A DNA stretch of 59,021 nucleotides from positions 496,001 to 555,021 of the forward strand of contig MU006104.1 of the NCBI GenBank assembly GCA_010093705.1. Reading direction: 5' to 3'. Source of the stretch: Patellaria atrata CBS 101060. Its lineage: Eukaryota. The translations under genes and the position numbers were made by a program. The notes beneath the pieces are model-generated. The model was not told the origin of the DNA. It ran no database searches and saw nothing but the letters and a program-made list of their open reading frames with translations. How positions within the stretch are numbered: position 1 is the stretch's first letter; the number at the start of each line of letters is the position of its first letter. This document shows, piece after piece, positions 39,071 to 56,271 of this stretch.

Positions 39071-40430
39071 ATGTATCCCATGATCCGCCATCCCCTCAAT
39101 CAACGTGAATATGACAAGAGATGGGCTTGGAAGTTCTGGCTTAGAGTCATCACCTTCATTTTTGCAAGTGTATCGCTAGGATGTTGTGCATATGTGCTTG
39201 CAAACCCTAGGCGGGGATATCGTTGGTCGGGATATTGGGATACATTGTCGATGTTCGTTGTAATGTGGCCGGTATATTCCCTCTGAACCATAGGAGTTTG
39301 AAGGAACGCGACTGATATGGTTGAATCTAGCTGGGAGCTTCTGTGCTGTGGAACTTAACCGCTATCCTCACCTATGTATTCTCAACTGGCCCCATACATC
39401 CCGGAGCAGTTGTCGGACTCGATCTCATCATATGGCTCGTACTATTTCTAACCGGTATATTCGGAACAATAGAAGGCGTCCAAGATGCAGAATGGAGAGC
39501 GAGAAATTACTATGGCGACAGCTCGTACGGCGATTGGAGGACTATCAATGGTACTGATACGTGGGTTCCGAACGGATATGGCTCGGATAACGAGTACGCA
39601 TGTCAGCCCTTCGACACTTGCGCAGATTCCGTAAAAGCGCAACGGCAACTTACAGACCGGGCTACGGTTCAACTGGTGGGCATGGCGTATCTATGGTTGA
39701 TCGTGTATGTTTTGACCCGATATATACCCCGATTACCGTTTTAGTCTCGTAGGAGTGTATGCTGACTGTTTTACCCAGCTTGCTCCACTTTGCGCTATTC
39801 GTATGCGGTTGCATCGATACTCATGATCGTCGTGCTAAAGCTAAAACTCGAGAAGCCACCGTCATCGCTGAACGCATAATCTCAGAGATGCAGGCACGAG
39901 GTCAGATTCGACGACCTAGGGCTACAGACGCTGCTGCTGCAATGGGACGACAGCATAAAAGTCGTCACTCGAAAAATCCTGCCCCTGTTCCAACTACCGC
40001 ACCGCGCAACTGGGGACCACCGCCGAACATGCAATATCAAGGCCAATACCAACAAGGGGGATACCAATATCAACCGCAAAAGCAGCAACCATGGCCACAA
40101 GTGCATCACCAAGTACCGCCTCAGATGCAACAGACCGCCCCGCAACCCCCGCAACGAGTTCCGCCAGGTCCACCTATGGCTTCGGGTGCAGGTACCACGC
40201 GAGCACCACCACAGTTACCTCCAATAATTACTACAACTCCTTCCGTCTCGCCCCCTGAGCCCCAAAAAGCGCAGGTAGAAATCCACACTCCCAAAGAATC
40301 CCCGCCGTTGAAAGTGTCACCACCTGGTTCCCTGTACGAGGAACCGCAACCGACGGCGGCCTCTGGAGCTGGTCCATCAACGCAAAGACCAGTATCCGAC
40401 ATTGCACCTGGCGGGATTCGGAATGTTTGA
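39071..40430 (+). CDS. MARVEL-like four-TM membrane protein with Pro/Gln-rich cytosolic tail
   Basis: Introns ~39272-39330 and ~39705-39778 join hydrophobic segments (LRVITFIF, IHPGAVVGLDLIIW, LLHFALFVCGCIDTH) to a P/Q-rich tail. Confidence 0.75.
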
Positions 40431-41200
40431 AAGGATGAGAGTCTGTTGTTCCGGAATTTTTACGTTGCTATGAAATGACATACCTGGCGGAAGAATTTGT
40501 CTCGTCGTTGCTACGTGTCTTGAACTTAAGCTGATTATTGCATTGGTGTGGAGTCTATTGAAGTTGCATTGAGATACCCCGTTCATATTTACATTTGTAT
40601 CCCTTCGTGTTATTATTATTTCAGGATAGCTTACGGCTCCCTTCTGACCCTTTTTCGTGTAATGAGGAGCGAGACGAACTTGGAAGGGGGTGGTCAAGGA
40701 GAACTACATAGTCATTTACTGGGGAGAGTTGAGGCAGATACATTCGATAAATAGTCTTGAATGAGGAAAAACCAAAGCTGTGGTATTTCTTAAATTATTT
40801 ATTGATCTCTTTCCGTCGCTGATATCGATCTCATTCTCTCAACGTTCTGAATGTTTGTTCATGTAAGCTTTGATCGACGATGCTTAGCCATGGTATTGAG
40901 TGATAAGGGTAATGGTTGGTCTGATCTTCCAATATCTTAATAAGACAGAATTGGGATTGCTTCTTCGCAACTTAGAATCTACGAGGTGAGTGTTCCTGGA
41001 ACTACAAGTAAATTGTAGCTGCTGATTCAGAAGTAATTGAATCAACCATACCTTATCATTTAGCTACAATCCCTCCCTCAGTACTCGAACTTACAAAAGG
41101 CATCACCCACTCAATCTAACCGTAATGTAAAACGCAAAACGTGTTTATAAAAAAGAAAAGAAAACGGTATTATATTAAATAAAAATAATTAAATAAAAAT

Positions 41201-41363
41201 AAAAAAAGGGCAAAACAGTTCCCACGCCCTCCGAAGAGGGCCTGGTACATCTGCTGCCCTAGCTAGGGCCCGGAGATAATGGGGGCTTTTTGCCCCCTCG
41301 GGGAGTCGACCCCCGGGATACCGATGTTGCCTAGTAGCGCTTCCACTAGGCTACCCCGGGGGC
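41201..41363 (-). ncRNA. Putative RNA polymerase III transcript with tRNA-like promoter boxes and multiple hairpins (unclassified ncRNA or tRNA-derived SINE)
   Basis: Minus strand: TTATATA at 41396-41390, A-box TAGCCTAGTGG (41353-41343), B-box-like GGGTCGACTCC (41312-41302), T7 at 41207-41201, and four hairpins including GCCCTC-TTCG-GAGGGC. Confidence 0.6.
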
Positions 41364-42036
41364 TATAGGAAGTAGTCGTAGATTTGTTGTATATAAGGTG
41401 CAAGAGCGGGCGGGTCACGCGATGGGGTGTTTTGTGTGACTCGTTTGTCTTTGGGGAAGGAGCGAGGAGGGGACAGGTGAGGTAAGGTGTTTGTTGAAGG
41501 TAACACAATAAATGAATTTTAGGGTCGTAGGAGAAGAATACCTGGCTTTTTCTCTATCAGATATGAGTCCGTCAACTCGCCTGCTTCTACTTTGTTATAG
41601 TCACTTGATTTATCATCTTCTACTATCACGGCTACCTCCTCTGTTTCTGTACGGGGAGCACTCTACTTGGATTGTCTATTTGCTCTTCAAGAAAGGTGTA
41701 GTTTCCTACGCTCGTGCAGCTTGCGTTGCTTTACCTGTTATGATATAAATACCACCGAACTCTCGTCACGCATTCGAAGACGTAAGGTAAGGTAGGTTTT
41801 CTGGCCTGTTCAAACTCAATAAGGAAAGTGTCACTGTGATGATCACAGCTTCCCTAAATATAATGCGCTTGAACTTGGCCGAGTTTTTCATAATTCAGGA
41901 CATTTAGAATGAGACGGAAGGATCCTATCCATCCTTTTCACTCATCTACACATCGATCTATTATCTGAAAGTATATCCAGCATGATCTAGTTGTATTTGG
42001 AAGTCGTTATTCTAACCAATCTGTTTTCTCTCTACT

Positions 42037-44642
42037 ATGCCCATTCAAGTCCTACCTCGAACTACAGTCCGCCAAATTGGCTCAAGTCAAAGTATTTCGT
42101 CACCTACATCAGTAGTCAAAGAACTCATTGACAACGCGCTTGACGCACGTGCAACGTCCATTTTCATTGAAATAGCATCAAACACCCTTGATACGATTGT
42201 TGTCCGCGATAATGGTCACGGTAGAAGACCGGAAAGCACTGTGTCGGAGATATTGTACGAGTAAAATCCGTGATTTCAAAGACTTAAGCACGATAGGGGG
42301 GAAGTGGTTGGGTTTTAGGGGAGAAGCTTTGGCTAGTCTGGCCGAGTTGAGTGGTGAGTTGAAGATTCTGACAAGAGTTGAGGGTGAGGAGGTTGCCGTT
42401 TGCTTGAAGATAGGGAAGGATGGGGAGATTCAGAAGTGAGTTTACTGCTCTAGTCAATCTGTCGAGCGGAGTATCCTGAATCAACACTCCACAGTCAGGA
42501 ACGAGCCTCACATGCAGTGGGCACCACCATCCGCGTCAATGAGCTCTACAAGACTCAACCAGTACGGCATCAAGCAGCCCTAAAAAAATGCATCGAAGGA
42601 GCTTGCAAGCATCAAACGTATCCTTTACGGCTATGCTCTTGTTTGGCCGTCTACGAGACTTTCTCTGCGGATTCTCAAAGCAAATACCGACAAAGGAAAT
42701 TGGGCATTTGCCCCCCAAACCCGGCGCTGGTGTTGAAGAAGTAGCTTTTGAAGTCGTAAGAAAGGATTGCGCATCTAGCTGCGGCTGGTGTGTCCTTGAA
42801 ACCAACAACTTTGAGATTCAAGCTTTTATACCACGACCAGGTGCATCTAGTAACAAGATCAGCACCGTCGGTCAGTTTCTCTCGGTAGACTCAAGACCAG
42901 TTAGTGCGCGATCCGGAGTGCTTAAGCAAATCCTCACGCTTTACAAAGACAGGTTGAAGAAACTCGGACCTAATCTCGCTAATGTTAAAGATCCCTTCCT
43001 GTATATGAATATTGTTTGTCCTGAAGGAAGCTATGATTCGAATATTGAGCCGAGTAAGAATGATGTTCTCTTTGAAGACCGCAATTCCGTTTTTCAAGCA
43101 GTGAACGCGTTGTTTGATGTCTTTTACCCGTCTAACCTCGAGATGGAATCTTCACCGACAAGCTCCGCAGGGCCTTCCTTAGGGATAACGAGATCAAGTG
43201 AAGCGCTCCTAGAAGAAGGTTCTAGCGGCCAAATCGAGGATATAGGATCAACAGAATACAGTAGATGTCCTAGGAGCAATATGTACGACTTCGACGAGGA
43301 CGATTTCCCCCCAGATCCGGAAGTTGGTCAAAAATCAGTAGTATCTGACAAAAACAATGACGACGATCAGATGCGGACCAAGGTATGTCTAAATCCTTGG
43401 ACGATTGCTGCCTTGAATGCCCGACCCAAGATTATTCCCAACCCTTCAATGAATGGTCAACCTCCAACGCCTGTACAGCGGACAACCGAACGAAACATAA
43501 GCCCGGTCACTCCCTCAAGTTAAGCAACGGCTACAATTCCACGTCTTTCTCAAAATATTCTGTTAACGCCTCACTCCTCATCACCTATCAAACTTTCCTC
43601 TTCCTAAATTGAGCATGATAGACTATCTTCAATCCCTTCTCATCAATCCACAATAGAAGAACTGGATGTGGTTGAGTCCAGGCAAAGCATTAGAGCTCCG
43701 CATGAACACTTTATACCAGCTACTTAATTCACACCTATTAATATGCCTCATCTGGGAACCCCACTTTCAGCGATACCCCTGAAACCTCCCGTCACTCGAC
43801 GTCAAGCAGCCCATCAGCAGATCCAGCGCCCTTTTAGTGATTCAACTGTGGGTTCAGTGAATTCTCAAGCTGATATCTAGTTTCCTTAGTCCCGAGTTCC
43901 ACGTAGTGCACGGAATCCACCTTTTCAAAGACCTAATCGGAAAGGCTACGTGGGATCTAATCGAGATTTGGCTAGGGAGTTTATGCTCCCTGCAGACCAT
44001 CCAACTCAAGATGACAGGAGCGAATATAATATGAGCAGGAACTCCGCTCACCTAGCTCCAGAAGGACCGCCAACGATCAGGGGTGACTCTGAGGACATAG
44101 ATGCCTTTATATCCAAATGTGTAAACCGTGATGAGAGCCCTACTACGCAACTGAAAGCTGGTGATCCGCCCCTCCGGCGTTCAACCCGTATCCGTAGATT
44201 TTCTGGAAAGAGCTCTGTAGGAGAAGAGATCAATATTCTGAAATCGACTCAAGCACAAGAGGATAGTATTCTCCCCGTTAATCCATACAAAAAACGCCGT
44301 ACCACCGACGGTCGTCTCCAGCGTTCTAAATCATCCCGGTTACCCCTTGAACGTACACCTTACGAATATCAACTGCAGAATGCCTCTACCATGTTTCATA
44401 TGACCATATCACATATTCGTGCAACACTAAATGTACAGAAGCAAAAAGGGGTGTTTGAACACTTCGATTGGGCTGCGACTCTACCTAAAGGAAATACTGT
44501 GCTCCAAGCTGATGTCTCATCCGAGGAAACTGCAGAGTGGAGCACTAGTTTGAATGAGGCCCTACAGATACTACGTGCTGGTGATCAAATTTCAATTAAC
44601 CTAGAGGAACTCCTTAGAGAGGCTTTTGCGAGGGATATCTGA
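42037..44642 (+). pseudogene. Disrupted MutL-family gene (MLH2/PMS1-type; no endonuclease motif seen)
   Basis: GHKL ATPase motifs VKELIDNALDA, DNGHG, TSK, LGFRGEALAS, and the S5-fold YDSNIEPSKNDVLF. Frameshifts at ~42223, the A7 run 42582-42588 and the C6 run 42711-42716. In-frame stops at 43521, 43605, 43725, 43878 and 43887. Confidence 0.85.
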
Positions 44643-45575
44643 GTGCACATTTTGAGTCATCTCCAAGCGTCTACATCTCCGATTTACCCTCCAGATATTA
44701 CATACTATGCTCAAAAATACTGTGAGCACACATCTCCAGAATCTTCAGACTTATTTGACCCAATTTCTTTCTCCAGCAAGTGCCGTCTCCAAGTCCATGT
44801 TTACGTACTCGGGTTGCAAAGCCTCACACGAAAAGTGTAATCATTTTGTCAAGAAGATAATTTATATATATATATATAGTCCAATAATATATTAGATTAC
44901 CCCTTAGCCCCCTCAAGCCACTCATCGCTTGTCCATTATACACGCGCCCAGCTAACGCCATGGGGGCTGATCTTCTACATGCTACACCAATATCATAACT
45001 CTAAAATTCTCCGGCCCACATGATTGGACAAGAGGAAAGTATAACAATACAAACAACGTGCCGAACCGCAAGGTACATTAAGGCCAACCGGTATAGTGGA
45101 AAGGTAACCTTCGATGCGGGGTGTTAGTTGGACAACGTAATCTAGGCACTATATAGGAAACGTGAATCTTCACACTCTGTGCGCGGGGCAGATTTTTCTT
45201 ACTTGTGGAGGAATTTGAGCGCTTACTGTGCGCGAAGGGGAGCTTGGGGGGTTTATATGAATGTTAAATTTGAGGATGATATAGGGAAGAGGTGTGAGTT
45301 GGATGTGAGAAGGTTTCGGTATTGTTATAAGACCGGACATAGGCCTGGTAGTGGAGGTTTCTAGATTCGAAGGCTTTTTAGGGCTTCTGATTACCTTTTA
45401 ATTCTCTTCGTTGTTTAGTACTTCTTTTCGTCTGTTTTGGTTCGCGCTCTAGTAGCTGCGTTTCTTCGTTTCTGTACTACTCTCTCACTAAGCAGAGTCC
45501 GGTTATACCAACACTACAATACCCGCAATAACGAATCCCCTATTCTACTCAACGCTCCGGTCCTTCACACTAACA

Positions 45576-46564
45576 ATGCATCCCGCACCCCTTTTCCTCC
45601 TCCCCCTCCTTGCCCCCCTCATACACGCCGCCCCCACCGCCACGAAAAGCCTCTGGCAGCCCCGTCCCGGCAGCAGCTGGCAAATCGTGCTGTCGGCCGA
45701 ACTCGACGCCTCACGGCGCCTGACGCCCGACACCGCCGTCTTCGATTTGGATCTCTTCGACACGTCGGCCGAGACGATCGCGCAGCTGCACGCGAGGGGG
45801 AAGAAGGTGATTTGCTATTTCAGCGCCGGGTCGTACGAGGAGTGGAGGGAGGATGCGGATTCGTTTGCGCGGACGGATATGGGGAGGGAGTTGGATGGGT
45901 GGGAGGGGGAGAGGTGGTGAGTTGCGTTTTTCTGTTTTATGGGAAACTGGACCCTCTGAGAGATGTGTGTTTGGGAATCTTGGGTTGATTATGAGGGTGT
46001 AGGCTTGATACACGCTCGAAGAACGTGAGGAACGTTATGAAGAAGCGGATTGATCTTGCGGCGACCAAGGGGTGTGACGCCATTGACCCTGACAACGTCG
46101 ATGGTTTCGTAAGTAGTCCGCGCTGAACCCCTTTCCCCGTGTAGCGATCTAACGAAAAACAGGAGAACAGAAACGGTCTCAACCTTCGCGAATCCGACGC
46201 GGTTTCCTACGTCCGATTCCTAGCCCAGACAGCCGCATCAAAGGGCCTCAGCACCGGTCTCAAGAACGCGCAGTCCATCGTTCGGGACGTGTTGGACGTC
46301 GTGCAGTTTTCCGTCAACGAACAATGCCACGAATACCGCGAGTGCGGCGAATATCGTCCGTTCATCAACGCTGGGAAACCCGTGTTTAATATCGAGTATC
46401 CTCCTACTGCACCACGAGTGCCGGCGAGGATCAGAACCAATCTTTGCTCCGCGTATGCGGGAGGTGATGCGAGCGGGTTCTCCACCATTATCAAAGGTAT
46501 GGATTTGGACGGTTGGGTCCAGCTTTGCGAGGGGACCTCAGCGACGACGGAAACTCTCAAGTGA
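45576..46564 (+). CDS. Secreted GH114 endo-alpha-1,4-polygalactosaminidase (Ega3-like)
   Basis: Signal peptide, WQPRPGSSWQIVL, VICYFSAGSYEEWRED, KGCDAIDPDNVDG, GLKNA, VNEQC, KPVFNIEY. Introns ~45917-46002 and ~46109-46161. Confidence 0.92.
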
Positions 46565-46652
46565 ACATATATGTACAAGTCGTCGTGACATGTTCCCAGG
46601 ATATTACCCGTCGTGTATTCGATATTTCTCTTCAAGTAGATATTTCAATGAC

Positions 46653-49002
46653 TCAGATATTCCCGTTGCTAAGCGATTCCTGCGGACTGGGTGGTAGCAT
46701 TTGCTTGAAGATGTTATCTACACGCTTGATCAAGCGCACACTGTGTTCAACGCTCGGCGAAACACTAGCGCCAGGAATATGCATCCATGTTCTGAGCAGT
46801 TGCTCGAGATGCGGTCCGAGAAGTGTTGCCCTGGAGGCGATGTTTGGCTGTAGTAAAACCGGTAACTGAGATGCGGCTAATAGAATAAGCATCGCGCTTG
46901 CCATGGACAGAGCACATATCCATGTGTCAAACATCACTGTATGCGGAAAACTTCGGAGGTTTAGGATATGCAGTATGCAAGCATCTAAGCAATGCTCGCA
47001 TCCCTCAAGGACGGCCGGAGGTATTGCTTTGTTACCGGTGCAGTTGGCCAAAGCCCACATCAGGTACGGTCTGAAAATGATACTTTGACAAGTCAGATAT
47101 CGTTGTCTTAGAAAGCCGCCGAGCGCGTTCGTCGTGGGATGATTATCCAGAGAAAACTGAAGGGGTGGTGGAAGGAGTTCCCTCCAGTCATCAAGCTGAT
47201 GCGATAATTCTGCGACGATGGAAGGAAATCTTGCATCATCGATGCTTGCTCCAGTGTCCTTCGCGTAGAGGAGGTGATGGACACGATTAAGTAGTCGGCG
47301 CATAGAAATGCATGCGAGGAAGTATAGTGACGATTGCTCCTGGCTGTCTACTTGCTTTTGCGTATAATATTCTCCAGGTAACGGAACTGATGACTCGATA
47401 TCGGCTATTCCAGATTGCGGTAGCGCGGATAGTTCAGCTAGATAGTCACTAAAAAGTTGTCAGTATTGAGAATGGGTCATTCCGTTATTTTTTTAATCGC
47501 CGGGAGTGTCAAATTGGGGTTCAAGGTCTGAAGCCTCAACACATAAAGGACTAGTGAGAGAGGAAGCGGTAAATTCGGACTGACCTTTCAAGAATATAGC
47601 AAGACCAAAAGATCCTTCGAACACACTCAGTTTCAGTAGGGTTCGCGGCTGATATGGGATATGAGAGTATGAGCTGACACTTTTTGGCGGAATTAGTTAA
47701 GAATGACCACGCTTGAAGGGGCCGTTGTAGAAAAGCGAAGAATAGGGCGGCAAAGAATAAGCACTGAGCAGCGTCGGTAGTCATATCCATGAATGCTCTG
47801 TGTATCATCTTCATCGCACCATCAAAGTACACCTCACTCATAATTCTATGTGGCCGTCGGATGTCGGACATATTATTCGAGCATGAGGCGTAGTCACATT
47901 CCGATTCGACTAGACCACTCGCGCAGCCCAGAGCCATCACCAATAGTGCAAGACAAGAGTCGGTATTACTGTTCAAACCCCCGGAGATGAGTCGCGTTCG
48001 GAGTTCCATTAATCTCGTCAAACTCATAGTTGGGTACCAAAAGTTTACATTTCGTTGAAATGCGTCTAGAATCTTATCAATTTCCGCGGTGGTCGCGTAC
48101 GGATATATGAATGATGTGCGTTCTGGTAACTGCGGCCTGGATGATTCGAGTTGGAAGATCAGATCGACTGACCGACTCTCCGGTTGGAGAGAGGGAAACT
48201 GGTTGAAGTGTGGCCATGTAAGTATTTCCTATGGAAAGAAGTTGATTTAGTCAAAGATAGGTGTTTAATATGCACGATTCGGAATTTACCTGTGTGGTGC
48301 AAGTCTGTAAGGTTGATATCATTGCGTTCTCGATCATATCTCCCCGATTCATACTCGTCACTGTAGCTGGTGAGGGTAAGACCCATGGAGAAATATCATT
48401 TGGCGCAGAAAAGTTGTTGTTGTTGTTGTTGTTGGAAAAGTTACTGGCATTAATAAGACCTGACACGTTAGACTATGCGTGAAAGTTAATTCAAGTCTCT
48501 AGGTAAATAGGGGTTGCGGTTGCTAACCAGTTCAGCCTTCATCTCATGAAGAAGCCTCTCGGAGCGTAGGGCAACTTCAAGAATAAGATCACCCCTACTT
48601 TTCCTAGAATGAATTAGTATGATCTAATGGAGAGCAAAGGGGATGGGATGTTGTACGGTAATGCTTTCGTGCCATAGAGACATTCTTCTCCAGCAGCACT
48701 ACAAGTAGTACACGGATGTCGGCCATCACATCTATCCATATATGAGTTAGTACGTGAACCGTAATACTATCAGGTTCTTTTCTTTGGGAGTGGTGACGGT
48801 GGCCATTTCTTCGGTATGTTGAAATTTCGGTTTAGATGCGGTAGTTCTAATGGATTGATACTGACCGGACCTTTCTATGTCTGCAATAATCACACTGCGG
48901 ATTGATTAGTCTAAAGTATTCAAAGCATTCCTAAGATTGGCATCTTACAGCATGAGATGTTCTTTTGCGGTGGTGTGTTCGTGCCAACCAATCAACTGGC
49001 AT
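46653..49002 (-). CDS. Zn(II)2Cys6 fungal transcription factor with middle homology region
   Basis: Spliced N-terminus MPVDWLARTHHRKRTSHA|CDYCRHRKVR|CDGRHPCTTCSAAGEECLY, and RRIFWSCYILES|DYLAELSALPQSGI in the fungal TF domain. The start codon is uncertain. Confidence 0.88.
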
Positions 49003-49577
49003 TTCAGGTGTTTGTGGGGAGAACTCGTCCATGGTCTCCATCCCATATATCTTGTGTGGGATCGACACAAGTCACACTGTAGTGAAGGGTACGTTCAACG
49101 ATAGAGATCTGAGGAAATCTAGATAGACGTCAAAAAGAACAGCGATGAATCGATAGCGAGACAAGCGTGCCGGTGCCGAGGACATTTTAGTTCCTGTGAT
49201 ATTCGGACACAGACCAGGAGAAAGATGCGGGGAAAGTAGTGGCCCCGGTTTATTTGTACACCAATTATCAAAGCTTAGAATCGCTACCATTTCCGGTATT
49301 TTCGGGATTTTCTTCATATGATTTAGTATTAAATATGACCGTAATTCCAGTGTGGAATTGACGAGGATATTGGTTGTGATTAGTGTTGAGTGTCTGGATG
49401 ATATACGGGAAATACTACTTTTGTCCAATGGGATGTCGTCACATGGATCTGCCCCTGGATCTTGAGAACAAAACCCAGGATTAAAGAATATTGTTTCACG
49501 TAAGATCCTTAGCAAAGACATAAAATACCAGCTATTTACAAGGTTAGATGCCATTTGTTTGCTCGCTTGCACATCAT

Positions 49578-51338
49578 CTATGCTTCTAGCGTTTTCTCTC
49601 CACCTTCGACGTGAAGAGTGTTGAGGACTGTGCCGAGATCTCTCTTTTTGAGTGACCTCTTGACTGGTCTTGGATCTTCGAAGACTTCCGTAAGTTCTTC
49701 TAGAGTTCTCTCTTTCGTCTCGGGGAAATAAAGCCAGATTACAGCCACTTCAATGACATCCCAGGCTACGAAGACGAGATAGAAGTAGTACTTTATATCC
49801 TCAAAAGCTGGGCCGGACGCATACTGAATCACAGCGCTGCTAATACTCGAAGCCAAGTTGCCAACTGCGGTACCTTTGGCTCTTGTAGCGGTGGTGAGAG
49901 TCTCGGCGATGTACATGCTTTGCAGTGGAGTCCAGCCAAATGAGAAGACGATACCAAAGAGGTAGATAAATGCGATAGTCGTGTTTGCTGCCGAATTGTT
50001 CGAAGGGTCTTCGGTGGCGAGCTTCGATGTTCCGGTGATTATCGCAAAGGATACCATACAAAACAAGAGTGAGTATATAAGTAGAGGTCTCCGCCCGATC
50101 GTATCAGTGAGACGAGCACCAATAATAGCGCCCACGAAACAGATGGCGGGATATATACCGTTCAGCATGAGCTTTGTAGACTCTGACTGAATTCCTGCTG
50201 TTTCAAGCATCACCGGGAGGTAGTACGAAGTTACAGACTTATTATCTTATTAGCGAATGGTAAATAAAGTGCCACGGAATACTGACATTGCCTGAGAGTT
50301 GCCCGAAACATGCCATGCCCAAGACACAAATGAGACGATGGCGAGCGGAATGCGTATTGTAGAGCTCTTTATACTCCCACCACCTCTTGTCTGACGAATC
50401 GGTTCTAATCTGTTCGCGCATTTCTTTCATCTGGAGTACGACAATGGGGTGCGAGGCATCTCCACCACCATGGTATTTACTGATTATATTCCGAGCTTCT
50501 TCAGTGCGATCCTGAGCGATAAGCCAACGGGGTGACTCTGGTAAGAACCAGATTCCGATGGCGACAACAACCGAAGAAACCAACTGGCACCATACGGGTA
50601 TGCGCCAGCCTACATTCGAGCCTATATCTTTGCAGCCAAAGACAACCCAGCTTGCTACAATGGAGCCTATGTACCTAAGCGATTATTTAGTTTGAATCCA
50701 TGAAACGTGCCATATTTACGCAGTGACTCACCATGTGCAATTGTAGAGACCGGTGATGGTACCACGCCATGAAGGATGGGCCATTTCACTCACATAACAG
50801 GGAGCGCTGACACAACAGAAGCTAACACCAAACCCAAGTAGAAATCGACCGGCAAGGAACATGCTCCGATTTACAGCAGGTGCTTGAATACATGTCCCAA
50901 GAATTATGATCAATGCACCCGTAAACATACCCATACGGCGTCCCCAATAGTCGTTGACAGGACCTGTGAGAAATACTGCCGGTATGGAACCGATAGGATA
51001 TAAAGCAAAGGTAATACCTGTGCTAGATCCAGCAGATTTCCTATTTAACATTAGGGCTACATGATGAAATCATATTTGTATAATCGTTCTTACATGTTGA
51101 AAGTCTTTTGATATGATTCCATTGCGTTGAGCCCACCCATCAACGAGCCATCATATCCATTCAGACAACCGCACAGGTAAGGGATTACCAAACATAAGTA
51201 GAGACGGAACATATGCCTTTTCCATGGACTGTATTGTGATTTCATCACATCCTCCGCGAGTTGGACGGCATCGCTGACAGTGCCAGTATCCTCATGATGC
51301 TCGATTGCCGTCTTCTTCTCGGAGAGATCTCCTGACAT
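49578..51338 (-). CDS. MFS sugar porter, lactose/cellodextrin permease-like (Lac12/LacpA clade)
   Basis: [66 protein letters not shown]. Three introns. Confidence 0.93.
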
Positions 51339-55521
<4,183 letters not shown>

Positions 55522-56271
55522 TTGGGGTTCCCTTTGGAAGCATTTGTCGAGATTGATTGGTTGGCCAGTTGAACTTTTCTGGGTTTGATACTAGATCGAA
55601 AATCGAGGATTTGTGTGCATCGTGAACGGCATCTGAACCGTGAATGGAAGCTGTGAAGCACCCGGTTCGGATTCAAGGTCTAGATAAGCTTCACCTAGCC
55701 CACCATACAAGTCAAGCCATAGGATGCAGCCCGAAATGGTTGTGGCTGACGGTTAGACCCATTTTGTACTCTAACGCGGAAGACGGATCTATATACTTTA
55801 ACTTGTAGTCCGGGGTATTACCTCAACAACCATGTTTGCTGATTATAATGGTCACGGAGCTGCTATCCAATCGTCAGTGATGGCGATAGTTTCATACGGC
55901 CCGATATTTTGTTGCTACTTGGATTAATAGAGCAATAGATGGGGCGTCTGAGTTCCTATGATGCTCTAAACCTAGTTGAAGTAACTGGCATATAGGCCCG
56001 TTCTTGTGTGTTTCTTCCTCATGACTTATTCAGTGAGACGTAGCTATATTGACTTCTTGGTCTTATATTCAATTTGATTGTCCCCTTGCTTTGAACCCGC
56101 CGGCTATGGCCGTGCTTTCCCCGGATCTTCCGCCGCTCAGATATGTGAGAACTCTGGGGTTTCCCAGTCTCAGGACTCAAAGATGGATGGTATAAATAGG
56201 ATAGAGTACATCTTCCCTACTGCACTACTGGAAAGTAGCTGCGCTCAAGTTAACATTATACCTGATTCCAC

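Noticed and set aside
41203..41212. AAAAAGGGC on the + strand resembles the 5' end of U11 minor-spliceosome snRNA
   Set aside because: The following sequence does not match U11, no Sm site is placed correctly, and the motif is simply the complement of the oligo-T terminator of the minus-strand element.
41245..41280. CCGG/AGCA internal loop on the minus strand resembles SRP RNA helix 8; the 3' part also loosely resembles an HDV-like ribozyme
   Set aside because: It lacks the conserved CAGG and GNRA loop and any Alu-domain UGUNR motif, and ~160 nt is short for fungal SRP RNA. The HDV J4/2 and nested pseudoknot pairings could not be built.
48730..48895. Apparent missing micro-exon in the Zn2Cys6 cluster
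   Set aside because: Using the GTCAGT donor 5 nt downstream gives ...CRHRKVRCDG... in frame, so no micro-exon is needed.
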